Source: Actinomycetota bacterium (GTDB taxonomy: Bacteria; Actinomycetota; Thermoleophilia; Gaiellales; Gaiellaceae). Taken from it: a stretch of 64,000 bases of DNA. The position numbers were made by a program, and so were the translations under genes. The notes beneath the pieces were generated by a model. The model searched no databases. It was not told where the DNA came from and worked only from the letters and a program-made list of their open reading frames with translations. The stretch covers positions 5,534 to 69,533 of the forward strand of contig JBKPPY010000020.1 of assembly GCA_046733845.1 (NCBI GenBank). Reading direction: 5' to 3'. This document shows positions 46,567 through 55,006 of the stretch, piece by piece; position 1 is the first letter of the stretch; every line of letters begins with the position of its first letter.

Positions 46567-48572
46567 GTTCGCTCCAGGACGAGGGTGCCAGCTGCGTCAG
46601 GCTCCCCGGCCCAGCTCGGACGGACGAGACAGGTCGCACCAGGGAGCTCGACTATCGCGGGGCCGACGACCGCGGAGCCGGCGACGTGCACTGGCAGGTC
46701 GAGCCACTCGCCGTCCAGATACGCGCGGCGTGACCCCGTCTCCGCCGCCGCGCCGGTGTCGCTGAGCTCCGGGCGTGGGCGGGGCAGCGCTGCGACGAGA
46801 CGCCGGCCGACGACTTCGATGTCGGTGCTCAGACGGAACCCGTAGCGCTGCTCGTGGGCGGCGGCGAAACAGCTCTCCCACCCGTCGGCGTCGATGGTCA
46901 GCTCGTGCGCCTGACCTCGGTAGCGCGCATCGACGAGGCGTCGCGTCGGTGCTCCCGGCAGGTCTTCGGCGGCCCGAGCCTCGAGCTCCTCGAAGGAGAC
47001 GGCCGCCGGTGCAACGTAATCGCGGCGCAGGTCGGCGGCCGCGAGACCAAGGGCGCTCAGGACGCCTGAGGCGAGGGGCACGAGCACGCGTTCGATCCCG
47101 AGCTCCTCCGCGAGCGCGCATGCGTGCAGCGGGCCGGCGCCGCCGAACGCGACGAGCGACAACCCGCGCGGGTCGATCCCGCGCTCGACCGTCACCACCC
47201 GAAGCGCGCGGGCCATGTCCGCCTCGACCACCCGTACGACCCCAAGAGCGGTGGCGACGGCTCGTTCGGCCTCGTCCCGGTCTCTGAGACCAAGGGTGGA
47301 ACGTTCTTGCGCCAATCCGTCCACATGTCCAGCGGCGGTTGGGATGGTTGCTGCGGTTCCGCCCCGGTCTCTGAGACCGGGGCTGAAACGTTTGTGTGAC
47401 AGTTCGTCCACAGGGAGACGCGCCAACGCCGCTTCGGCCAGGGCTTGGTCGAGCACGACTTCGCCGCCGAGGACGGCCCCGTCCGCCAGGTATCCGAGGG
47501 CGAGGTTTGCGTCGGTCACGGTCGGCTGCTCGCCGCCCTGCCCGTAGCAGGCCGGTCCCGGCCGGGCGCCCGCCGAGCGCGGGCCGACGCGAAGCGCGCC
47601 GCCGTCGTCGAGCCAGGCGATCGACCCGCCGCCGGCGCCGATCGTGTGCACGTCCACCATCGGGAACCGGATCGGCACGCCGGCGACGACCGATTCCGCG
47701 GTCACCTGTGGCTCCCCGCCCAGAACCGCGGCGACATCCGTGCTCGTCCCGCCCATGTCGAAGCTGATCAGATCCTCGAAGCCGCCGGCCGCAGCCACGA
47801 ATGCAGCGCCAACCACGCCGGCAGCAGGCCCAGACAGGACGCACGACGCGGGACGCGCTGCGGCCGTCGCGACGTCGACGACTCCTCCCGACGACTGCAT
47901 CACCAGCGGTCTCGGCTCGATCCGCGCCAGGTACGCCGAGAGCGGCGGCGCGAGGTACGCGTTCGCGACGGTGGTCGAGGTGCGCTCGTACTCGCGGAAC
48001 TCCGGCAGGAGCTCGCTGGAGAGCGTCACAGGTACATCCGGCAACGCGGAACCGATCGCCTCACCGACGAGCCGCTCGTGCTCCGGGTGCAGGAACGAGA
48101 AGAGCAGGCACACTGCGACCGCCTCGACGTCCGCGGCCGCCAGACGAGCCACCGTCTCGTGCAGCGACTCCTCGTCGAGCGGGACGAGCGCGCCTTCCGG
48201 CCCCATCCGCTCGCGTACGGTGAAGCGCAGCTCGCGCGGAACGAGCGGCGGCGGCCGGTGAGCGGTGAGGTCGTAGAGCGAGGCGCGGTTCTGGCGACCG
48301 ATCTCGAGCACGTCACGAAAGCCCTCGGTCGTCACCAGCGCAGTGCGAGCTCCACGTCGCTCGAGCAGAGCGTTGGTGGCCACCGTCGTTCCGTGCGCGA
48401 GCACGCCGACAGCGCCCGCGTCGACCCCTGCGGCGGCGAGGGCGGCCGCCACGCCGCGTGCCTCGTCGCCCCGCACCGACGGCACCTTCGTCGTCACGAG
48501 CCTTCCGTCGACGATTGCGACCAAATCGGTGAACGTGCCGCCGACGTCCACCCCGACGCTGATACCTCCCAT
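46554..48572 (-). CDS. hyuA: Hydantoinase A / oxoprolinase family protein carrying an in-frame repeat-derived 45-aa insertion
   Basis: Contains VGVDVGGTFTDLV, FDMGGTSTDV and VAFGGAGPLHA. ATG 48572 is preferred; ATG 48608 is the alternative. Residues encoded by 47277..47411 come from the repeat. Confidence 0.85.
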   Translation of the reverse strand: MGGISVGVDVGGTFTDLVAIVDGRLVTTKVPSVRGDEARGVAAALAAAGVDAGAVGVLAHGTTVATNALLERRGARTALVTTEGFRDVLEIGRQNRASLYDLTAHRPPPLVPRELRFTVRERMGPEGALVPLDEESLHETVARLAAADVEAVAVCLLFSFLHPEHERLVGEAIGSALPDVPVTLSSELLPEFREYERTSTTVANAYLAPPLSAYLARIEPRPLVMQSSGGVVDVATAAARPASCVLSGPAAGVVGAAFVAAAGGFEDLISFDMGGTSTDVAAVLGGEPQVTAESVVAGVPIRFPMVDVHTIGAGGGSIAWLDDGGALRVGPRSAGARPGPACYGQGGEQPTVTDANLALGYLADGAVLGGEVVLDQALAEAALARLPVDELSHKRFSPGLRDRGGTAATIPTAAGHVDGLAQERSTLGLRDRDEAERAVATALGVVRVVEADMARALRVVTVERGIDPRGLSLVAFGGAGPLHACALAEELGIERVLVPLASGVLSALGLAAADLRRDYVAPAAVSFEELEARAAEDLPGAPTRRLVDARYRGQAHELTIDADGWESCFAAAHEQRYGFRLSTDIEVVGRRLVAALPRPRPELSDTGAAAETGSRRAYLDGEWLDLPVHVAGSAVVGPAIVELPGATCLVRPSWAGEPDAAGTLVLERTWTQ
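47277..47411 (-). repeat. Palindrome-bearing ~135-nt repeat, copy B, in frame inside hyuA
   Basis: The reverse complement is collinear with 33539..33673. Perfect 21-nt palindrome at 47362..47382 and a second palindrome at 47277..47291. Confidence 0.75.
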
Positions 48573-48591
48573 CGCCCAATCTTCCCGAGGA

Positions 48592-48597
48592 TAGGCT
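48592..48597 (+). promoter_or_regulatory. -10-like TAGGCT, 9 nt before ATG 48607 of fhs
   Basis: Read directly. Overlaps by 2 nt an opposing TATCCT (48588..48593, minus strand) that could serve hyuA. Confidence 0.3.
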
Positions 48598-48606
48598 TCG
48601 TCCGCC

Positions 48607-50277
48607 ATGGCGACGACGAAGATGCCTTCGAGCCTCGAGATCGCGCAGCAGGCAACGCTGCGGCCGATCGGGGAGATCGCTGAGGAGATTGGGCTCGACG
48701 AGGACGAAGTCGAGCTCTACGGGAGGTACAAGGCGAAGGTCGACCTCTCCGTGCTCGACCGGCTCCGCGACAGTGCCGACGCGAAGCTGATCGGCGTCAC
48801 CGCGATCACGCCGACGAAGGCGGGCGAGGGCAAGACGACCACGTCGGTCAGCCTGACCCAGGGGCTCGGCAAGATCGGCAAGAGCCCCGTGCTCTGCCTG
48901 CGAGAGGCGTCACTCGGGCCCGTCTTCGGGATCAAGGGCGGCGCCGCCGGCGGCGGCTACGCGCAGGTCGTGCCGATGGAGGACCTCAACCTCCACTTCA
49001 CCGGCGACATCCACGCAATCGGCGCAGCCAACAACCTGCTCTCGGCGATGCTCGAGGCGCACATCCTGCACGGGAACGAGCTCGGGATCGACCCGCTCAC
49101 CGTCAGCTGGCGCCGCTGCGTCGACATGAACGACCGCGCGCTGCGACAGGTCGTGCTCGGCCTCGGCGGCCGCGCAAACGGCTACGTTCGGGAGACCGGC
49201 TTCGACATCACCGCCGCCTCGGAGGTGATGGCGATCACCGCAGTCGCCCGCGACCTGTTCGATCTGCGCAAACGGCTGGGCGCGATCACGGTCGCGTACA
49301 CCTGGGACGGCGAGCCGGTTACGGCCGAGCAGCTCCGCGCGGCGGGGGCCATGACCGTCCTGCTCAAAGACGCGATCAAGCCGAACCTCGTCCAGACGCT
49401 CGAAGGGCAGCCGGCGTTCATCCACTGCGGCCCGTTCGCGAACATCGCGCACGGGAACTCGTCGCTCGTCGCCGACCTCGTGGGGCTGAAGCTCGGTGAC
49501 TACGTCGTCACCGAGTCGGGCTTCGGCTCCGACATGGGCATGGAGAAATTCCTCGACATCGTCTGCCGGGTCGGGGGCATCTCGCCGAGCGCAATCGTCC
49601 TCGTCGCGACCGTCCGAGCGCTGAAGCACCACGCCGACGATCCGGACGGCGGTGTCGCCGCGGTCGAGCACGGCGCCGCGAACCTCGCCCGGCACATCGG
49701 GATTGTCAAGGAATTCGGTCTGAAGTCGGTTGTCGCGGTCAACCGTTTCCCGACCGACACGGACGAGGAGATCGCCACCGTGCGCCGCCTCGCACTCGAG
49801 CTCGGCGCGCACGCCGCGGCCGTCAACACGGCGTTCGTGGACGGCGGCGACGGCGCCCAAGAGCTCGCCGAGGCGGTCGTCGACGCAGCCGAGCAGCCGA
49901 ACGCCTTCGAGCCCGTCTATCCGCTCGACGCGCCGATCACCGCCAAGATCGAGGCGATCGCGAAGCGCGTGTACGGCGCCGACGGCGTCTACCTGCTCCC
50001 GGCGGCCGAGAACGACGTCAAGCGCTTTACGGAGCAGGGCCTCGACACGGTGCCGATCTGCATGGCGAAGACGCACCTCTCGCTCTCGCACGATCCCGCT
50101 CTCGCCGGCGCTCCGACCGGCTTCACCGTCCCGGTCCGGGCGGTGCGGGCGTACACCGGTGCGGGCTGGCTCGTCGCTCTCTGTGGCGACATGCAGACGA
50201 TGCCGGGGCTCTCGGCATCGCCGGCCGCGTTCAACGTCGACATCGACGAGAACGGCCGCACCGTTGGCCTCTTCTGA
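48607..50277 (+). CDS. fhs: Formate--tetrahydrofolate ligase
   Basis: Full-length FTHFS sequence (TPTKAGEGKTTTSVSL, FGIKGGAAGGGY, PAFIHCGPFANIAHGNSS). Confidence 0.95.
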   Translation: MATTKMPSSLEIAQQATLRPIGEIAEEIGLDEDEVELYGRYKAKVDLSVLDRLRDSADAKLIGVTAITPTKAGEGKTTTSVSLTQGLGKIGKSPVLCLREASLGPVFGIKGGAAGGGYAQVVPMEDLNLHFTGDIHAIGAANNLLSAMLEAHILHGNELGIDPLTVSWRRCVDMNDRALRQVVLGLGGRANGYVRETGFDITAASEVMAITAVARDLFDLRKRLGAITVAYTWDGEPVTAEQLRAAGAMTVLLKDAIKPNLVQTLEGQPAFIHCGPFANIAHGNSSLVADLVGLKLGDYVVTESGFGSDMGMEKFLDIVCRVGGISPSAIVLVATVRALKHHADDPDGGVAAVEHGAANLARHIGIVKEFGLKSVVAVNRFPTDTDEEIATVRRLALELGAHAAAVNTAFVDGGDGAQELAEAVVDAAEQPNAFEPVYPLDAPITAKIEAIAKRVYGADGVYLLPAAENDVKRFTEQGLDTVPICMAKTHLSLSHDPALAGAPTGFTVPVRAVRAYTGAGWLVALCGDMQTMPGLSASPAAFNVDIDENGRTVGLF

Positions 50278-50707
50278 CCCACTCGCCGCAGGCCCCGCGA
50301 TCGCCCGAACGATCGAGCTGTCAGCCGGTCTCGCGCTGCTGACGGCGCGGGTCGCCGGTCGGGACGACCTCGCCTCCCGCGCCGAAGAGCTCTCGGCGGC
50401 GGTCGCGCCCCTCGGCGACGCCGACGCCGAGGCATACCGGGAGTTCCTCGCCACCCGATCGGACGAGGCCCGCGCGCGAACGATCGAGCTGCCGTTGCGC
50501 ATGGCCGAGCTTGCCGCAGATACAGCCGAGCTCGCGGCAGAGGCGGCGCTGGCGACCGAGAGCGCGGCGCAGGGCGATGCCCGTGTCGGCGTACTGCTCG
50601 CGGCAACGGCGGCCCGCGCAGCCGCCTTGCTCGTCCGGGTGAACGGCGGCGGCGGCGCGGCCGACTCGGCTACTGCGCGGGCTGCCCGCGCAGCTGCTCG
50701 GGTGTGA
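50264..50707 (+). CDS. Cyclodeaminase/cyclohydrolase (FTCD C-terminal domain-like) protein, short form
   Basis: All-helical Ala/Leu-rich sequence with D.DAEAY.EFL and ELPLRMAELAADTAELA, resembling the FTCD_C family. The only nearby start is TTG 50264, which overlaps fhs by 14 nt. The N-terminal PGGGS motif is not seen. Confidence 0.45.
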   Translation: MASSDPLAAGPAIARTIELSAGLALLTARVAGRDDLASRAEELSAAVAPLGDADAEAYREFLATRSDEARARTIELPLRMAELAADTAELAAEAALATESAAQGDARVGVLLAATAARAAALLVRVNGGGGAADSATARAARAAARV

Positions 50708-51350
50708 CGCCGAGGTCGCGGAGAACCTCGCCACCCACGCCGCGTGAGTCCGAGACGAGCGCGAGTAGGATGTCGTTCGGGCCGAACTGCTCCCGGCCGG
50801 CATCGACTGCGTCGTTCAGCGCCGACTCGAGAACACGCTTCGCTCTCGGCGTAAACGGGCGAGGCAGGCCGGCAACCCAGTCGTCCTCTCCTTCGCCGAT
50901 CCGCTCGACCACCTGAGCGCGGGCAGCGTCGTAGGAGACGCCCTCGATCCCACGCTTGGCGAGCGCGAGCATCAGGTGCTCGGTGCCGAGGTAGTTGTGC
51001 TTCAGCGAGTCGGCCTCCTTCTGGGCCTCGACCATGACGTCGCGGGCACCGTCGTCGAAACGGGCCATGAAGAAGCGCCGGTTGCGGCCGCGATGGCGGC
51101 CGTGCTTCCAGCGCCGTCCCGCCCACTGCGGGCCGCCGGGAGGCCCGGCAGGGCCTTCCACGATCTGGTGCACGCGCTGGTGCGAGAGCTCGAGCGCCTC
51201 GGCGATCTCGCGCAGCGAGCCGCCGGCCGCATGGAGCTTCTTGATCGCGTGCTGATAGTCCACGCGTACGTGTGCTGTCTGGCTCTCGAGGTCGACGAGG
51301 CGCTGCCGCGCCTCCTTCGTCTCGGCCAGGATCTGTTCGTCTAGTGTCAT
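50670..51350 (-). CDS. HTH domain fused to a Clp N-terminal (Clp_R repeat) domain protein
   Basis: N-terminal coiled segment plus HTH (GGSLREIAEALELSHQRVHQIV), then a basic linker, then MARFDDGARDVMVEAQKEAD...GTEHLMLAL, a Clp_N-type sequence. Confidence 0.7.
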   Translation of the reverse strand: MTLDEQILAETKEARQRLVDLESQTAHVRVDYQHAIKKLHAAGGSLREIAEALELSHQRVHQIVEGPAGPPGGPQWAGRRWKHGRHRGRNRRFFMARFDDGARDVMVEAQKEADSLKHNYLGTEHLMLALAKRGIEGVSYDAARAQVVERIGEGEDDWVAGLPRPFTPRAKRVLESALNDAVDAGREQFGPNDILLALVSDSRGVGGEVLRDLGVTPEQLRGQPAQ

Positions 51351-51390
51351 AGACGTCTACTGTACTAGACAGTTGTCTAGTTGTCTAGAC
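51339..51390. promoter_or_regulatory. Three tandem 16-bp palindromic operators GTCTA-N6-TAGAC
   Basis: Units at 51339..51354, 51355..51370 and 51375..51390. The last contains the perfect 12-mer TTGTCTAGACAA (51381..51392). A -10-like TACAGT lies on the minus strand at 51359..51364, 8 nt before ATG 51350. Confidence 0.55.
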
Positions 51391-52200
51391 AACGAGCAGA
51401 ATCACGCCCGCGACGACGATCGTGGCGCCCGCCGCGCGCCAGGTCGAGACACGCTCCTTGAGCAACACCGCGGCCAGGACGGTGACGAACAGCACGCTCG
51501 TCTCGCGGACAGCCGCGACCGGAGCCGCAGCGGCGAGGCGCAGCGCGTAGAGCGCCAGGGCAACCGGAGCCAGCGTCAACGGCGCGATCAGGAGCGTCTC
51601 GAGCCGGAAGCCGGCCCGAAGCGCCGGCGCGCCCTGGCGGAACGCGACCACCGCCGCGGTCAGGAGCGCGGGGACGACCATCACCGCCTCGAGGTACGCG
51701 AGCGGATCGGCGAAGGTGACGCCTGTGTTGTCGACCAGGGTGTAGCCCGCGATCGTGGCGGCGATCGACAGGCCGAACACAGTCGCCGCCCGGTCGGGCT
51801 TCCGCCCACGCACGAGCAGGATTCCGGTGCCGACCGCGCAGACCCCGAACACCTGCTCCCACGAGGTCGCTGCGCCGAGCGCGACCACCGCGACGATCAG
51901 GACGAGCACCGGCGCCAGCCCGCGGGCGATCGGATAGAAGACCGACAGCGGTGCGCGGACGTACGCGGCGCTCAGGAGCAGGACGTAGACGAGCTCGAAG
52001 GCGGCGCTCGCGACGATGTACTTCCAGGCTCCCGCCTCGACGCGCCAGCGAACCGCCGCCACCGGCGCCAGGATCGCGACCGCCATGCAGAAGGCCGCCG
52101 CGGTCGCCGGCTGCGGGTCTCGGGTCCGGGCGAGCAAGACGTTCCACAGCGCGTGCAGGACCGCTGCGCCGAGAGCGAGTGCGAACGCATCGGCCGGCAT
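51385..52200 (-). CDS. EamA/DMT-family transporter
   Basis: From ATG 52200 the sequence reads MPADAFALALGAAVLHALWNV. Ten hydrophobic segments. Confidence 0.75.
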   Translation of the reverse strand: MPADAFALALGAAVLHALWNVLLARTRDPQPATAAAFCMAVAILAPVAAVRWRVEAGAWKYIVASAAFELVYVLLLSAAYVRAPLSVFYPIARGLAPVLVLIVAVVALGAATSWEQVFGVCAVGTGILLVRGRKPDRAATVFGLSIAATIAGYTLVDNTGVTFADPLAYLEAVMVVPALLTAAVVAFRQGAPALRAGFRLETLLIAPLTLAPVALALYALRLAAAAPVAAVRETSVLFVTVLAAVLLKERVSTWRAAGATIVVAGVILLVV

Positions 52201-52207
52201 CGGTGAG

Positions 52208-52213
52208 TAGCAT
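52208..52213 (+). promoter_or_regulatory. -10 box TAGCAT, 7 nt before ATG 52221 (leaderless-type promoter)
   Basis: Read directly. Confidence 0.4.
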
Positions 52214-52220
52214 CGCCTAG

Positions 52221-53459
52221 ATGCCGGAGCGCTCCTTCTGGAACCCGATGACGAACATGGGCGCATTTCGCGACCGCGGGATCACGATCGTGCGCGGCGA
52301 GGCTTCGACCGTCTGGGACGACGCAGGCAACGCCCTGATCGACATATCGGGCGCGCTCTGGTACTGCAACGTCGGTTACGGCCGCGAGGAGCTGGCCGCG
52401 GCGGCCGCCGACCAGATGCGCGGGCTCGCGTCGTTCAAGACCTACGACGGGTTCACCTCACCGCGCAGCGAGGAGCTGGCGGCACGGGTGGCGTCGATCG
52501 TCCCACTCGAGGGCGCGAAGATGTTCTTCACTTCGGGTGGGGGCGAGTCGATCGACACGGCGGCGAAGCTCGCCCGCGCGTACTGGGCCGCCGTCGGCAA
52601 GCCTGACAAGCACGTCGTCGTCTCCCGGCAGTTCGCCTACCACGGCTCGAACGCGTACGGCACGTCGCTCGGCGGCATGGCCGCGCTGACGGACGTCTAC
52701 GGCAGGCTCGTCCCGGACGTCGAGCAGGTGCCGTGGGACGACGCCGAAGCGTTGGCGGAGGCGATCGACCGCGTCGGCGCCGAGCGTGTCGCGGCGTTCT
52801 TCGCGGAGCCGATCATCGGCGCCGGCGGCGTCATGATCCCGCCGGACGGCTACCTGCAGCGCGTCCAGGAGATCTGCCGGGAACGCGAGGTGCTGCTCGT
52901 CCTCGACGAGGTGATCACCGGCTTCGGCCGCACGGGCGAGTGGTTCGCGACCGGGCGGTTCGGCCTGGCTCCGGACCTGATCACGGTCGCCAAGGGCATC
53001 ACCTCCGGCTACATCCCGCTCGGCGGCGTGATCGCCTCACGCCGCGTTGCCGAGCCGTTCTGGACGTCCGGCACGCAGCACATGTTCCGGCACGGCTACA
53101 CCTACGCCGGCCATGCCACTGCATGTGCGGTGGGGCTTGCGAACCTCGAGGTGATCGAGCGCGAGGGGCTCGTCCGGCGCGTGCGCGATCTCGAGCCGGT
53201 TCTGGCCGATGCGCTTGCGCCGCTGGCCGATCATCCGGCGGTCGCCGACGTCCGGGCCGGCGTCGGCCTGCTCGCCGCCGTCGAGCTGACCGACCCGTCG
53301 AAGCTCCAGGCCGTGGTCGACGAGGCCTACCGTCGCGGCGTCCTTGTCCGCGGCATCCGCGGCGTCGCGCTCCAGGTCTCGCCCCCGTTCGTGATCACCG
53401 AGGACGAGATCGCGACGACGGCGCGGGTATTCAGCGAGGCGCTGGACGAAGCCGTCTGA
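52221..53459 (+). CDS. Class III (omega) aminotransferase
   Basis: Contains FFTSGGGESIDTAAKLAR, DEVITGFGRTGEWF and the PLP lysine in ITVAKGITSG. Confidence 0.9.
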   Translation: MPERSFWNPMTNMGAFRDRGITIVRGEASTVWDDAGNALIDISGALWYCNVGYGREELAAAAADQMRGLASFKTYDGFTSPRSEELAARVASIVPLEGAKMFFTSGGGESIDTAAKLARAYWAAVGKPDKHVVVSRQFAYHGSNAYGTSLGGMAALTDVYGRLVPDVEQVPWDDAEALAEAIDRVGAERVAAFFAEPIIGAGGVMIPPDGYLQRVQEICREREVLLVLDEVITGFGRTGEWFATGRFGLAPDLITVAKGITSGYIPLGGVIASRRVAEPFWTSGTQHMFRHGYTYAGHATACAVGLANLEVIEREGLVRRVRDLEPVLADALAPLADHPAVADVRAGVGLLAAVELTDPSKLQAVVDEAYRRGVLVRGIRGVALQVSPPFVITEDEIATTARVFSEALDEAV

Positions 53460-53468
53460 GCGGCGAGG

Positions 53469-54956
53469 CTAGCGGGTCGGAATGCTCTGCGCGAACCGGA
53501 AGAAGTTGTCCGGGTCGTAGTTTCGCTTGACGGCCACTAGGCGCTTGAGATGAGAGCCGTAGTACGCGGCGCCCCAGTCCTGGAGATCGGGATCCGCGTA
53601 GTTCGTCACCGCTCCGCGGGAGACAAAGGGCTGCATGGCAGCGTGGGTGTTCTGCACCCAGCCGAGGTGGGCTGCGGCGACTTCAGCCGGCGCCGACACG
53701 CTCCAGAACGCCGTGTACCGGATCGCGAAGAGCGCTGACCGGTGTGCGTACGCGGTTGCGTCCGCGTCAACACGATTGACCGCTCCGCCGTGCGCGAACA
53801 TGAGGATTCCGACGGCGCCGAGTCGAGGGTCGCGATCGGCGGACTCGAGCGCTCGAGTGATGACGTCGATGCCTCCGTCCGGCAGCGGCGCGACCCCGAA
53901 GTTCGACTTCGCGGCGTACGACCTGCGTTCGGGGTTGTCCGCAGCGAAGTAGCTGACCGCACCGATGAACGGACGACGAACCGCGGCCAGCCTCAGCGGC
54001 CTGACTGCGTCGGTCAGCGGGGCCAGCATTGCCAGCGTTTCGTCACGGGTTCCGAAGACCTGCCCGTTGAGGATCACCTGCGGCGTACCGCCGGCCGGCG
54101 GCGGCGGCGTGAACGTCAACGAGCAGCTGAGGCTGTCGGGTGCGGCTGGGGCAAATGCCTGCCAGGCGCGCGTGACCTTGGGCGCGTCGGCCCAGGCCCA
54201 GCTCGCGTTGACGGTCGTGACGAAGTCGACCGGGTGCAATCGAAAGACGAACTTCGTCACCACCCCGAAACTGCCCCCGCCGGCGCCGCGAAGTGCCCAG
54301 AAGAGTTCCGGCTCACTGTGGGGGTTGCATACCCGATGTTTCCCGTCGGCCGTGACGATCTCGATCTCGACGACGTTGTCGCACGCAAGCCCGAGTGCGC
54401 GAGACGAGTATCCGTGGCCGCCGCCGAGGGTCAGCCCCGAAACTCCTACGGCCTCGCAGGTGCCGAAGGGGACCGCGCGCCCCACGTTCCACAGGCGCCC
54501 GTACACCGAGCCGAGCTTGGCGCCCGCCGCCACCGCAGCCGTGCCGTCGGCATTCGTGTGGATGTTTGTAAGCCGGGACACGTCCAGCACGAGGCCGGGC
54601 GAAATCGAGTAGCCGGCGAAGGAGTGGCCGCCCGATCGGGTCGTAACCTGCACGTCGTACCTTTTCGCCCACTGGATCACCCGGCGGACATCCGCGATCG
54701 TCTCGACGTAGGCAATCGCGAGCGGTCGAATCCCATCGAAGCGCGGATTCCAGATCTGACGGGCCCGGGCGTATCCCTTGCCGCCACGAGGGATGAGGTC
54801 GCCGTGGAGAACATGGGCGAGGGCGGCGAGCCTGGGATCGGCGGCCGCACGAGCGGACGCGCCAGGCCACGCCGCCGCAGCTGCGAGGCCGAGCGCTCCT
54901 CCGACACCACGGCGCAGGAGCTCACTCCGGTCGAACAAGCGCTCTTCCAACACCAC
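53469..54956 (-). CDS. Secreted FAD-linked oxidase (FAD_binding_4 plus berberine-bridge-enzyme-like C-terminus) with Tat-type signal
   Basis: Starts GTG 54956, GTG 54953 and TTG 54950 follow GGGAAGGA. Twin-arginine signal LLRRGVGGALGLAAAAAWPGASARA. Contains RSGGHSF and a C-terminal VKRNYDPDNFFRFAQSI. Confidence 0.8.
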   Translation of the reverse strand: MVLEERLFDRSELLRRGVGGALGLAAAAAWPGASARAAADPRLAALAHVLHGDLIPRGGKGYARARQIWNPRFDGIRPLAIAYVETIADVRRVIQWAKRYDVQVTTRSGGHSFAGYSISPGLVLDVSRLTNIHTNADGTAAVAAGAKLGSVYGRLWNVGRAVPFGTCEAVGVSGLTLGGGHGYSSRALGLACDNVVEIEIVTADGKHRVCNPHSEPELFWALRGAGGGSFGVVTKFVFRLHPVDFVTTVNASWAWADAPKVTRAWQAFAPAAPDSLSCSLTFTPPPPAGGTPQVILNGQVFGTRDETLAMLAPLTDAVRPLRLAAVRRPFIGAVSYFAADNPERRSYAAKSNFGVAPLPDGGIDVITRALESADRDPRLGAVGILMFAHGGAVNRVDADATAYAHRSALFAIRYTAFWSVSAPAEVAAAHLGWVQNTHAAMQPFVSRGAVTNYADPDLQDWGAAYYGSHLKRLVAVKRNYDPDNFFRFAQSIPTR

Positions 54957-55006
54957 ATTCCTTCCCGATGTACCGGGGCGGCAACTCGCAGGCCGCCGCC
55001 CCGACA

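Noticed and set aside
48606-48609. Palindromic CCATGG giving ATG starts on both strands (hyuA at 48608 and fhs at 48607).
   Set aside because: Initiation of hyuA at 48608 would put both start codons on the same 4 bp with no promoter space. The conserved GVDVGGTFTD begins right after the ATG at 48572, which also has a TATCCT box upstream. 48608 is kept only as an alternative.
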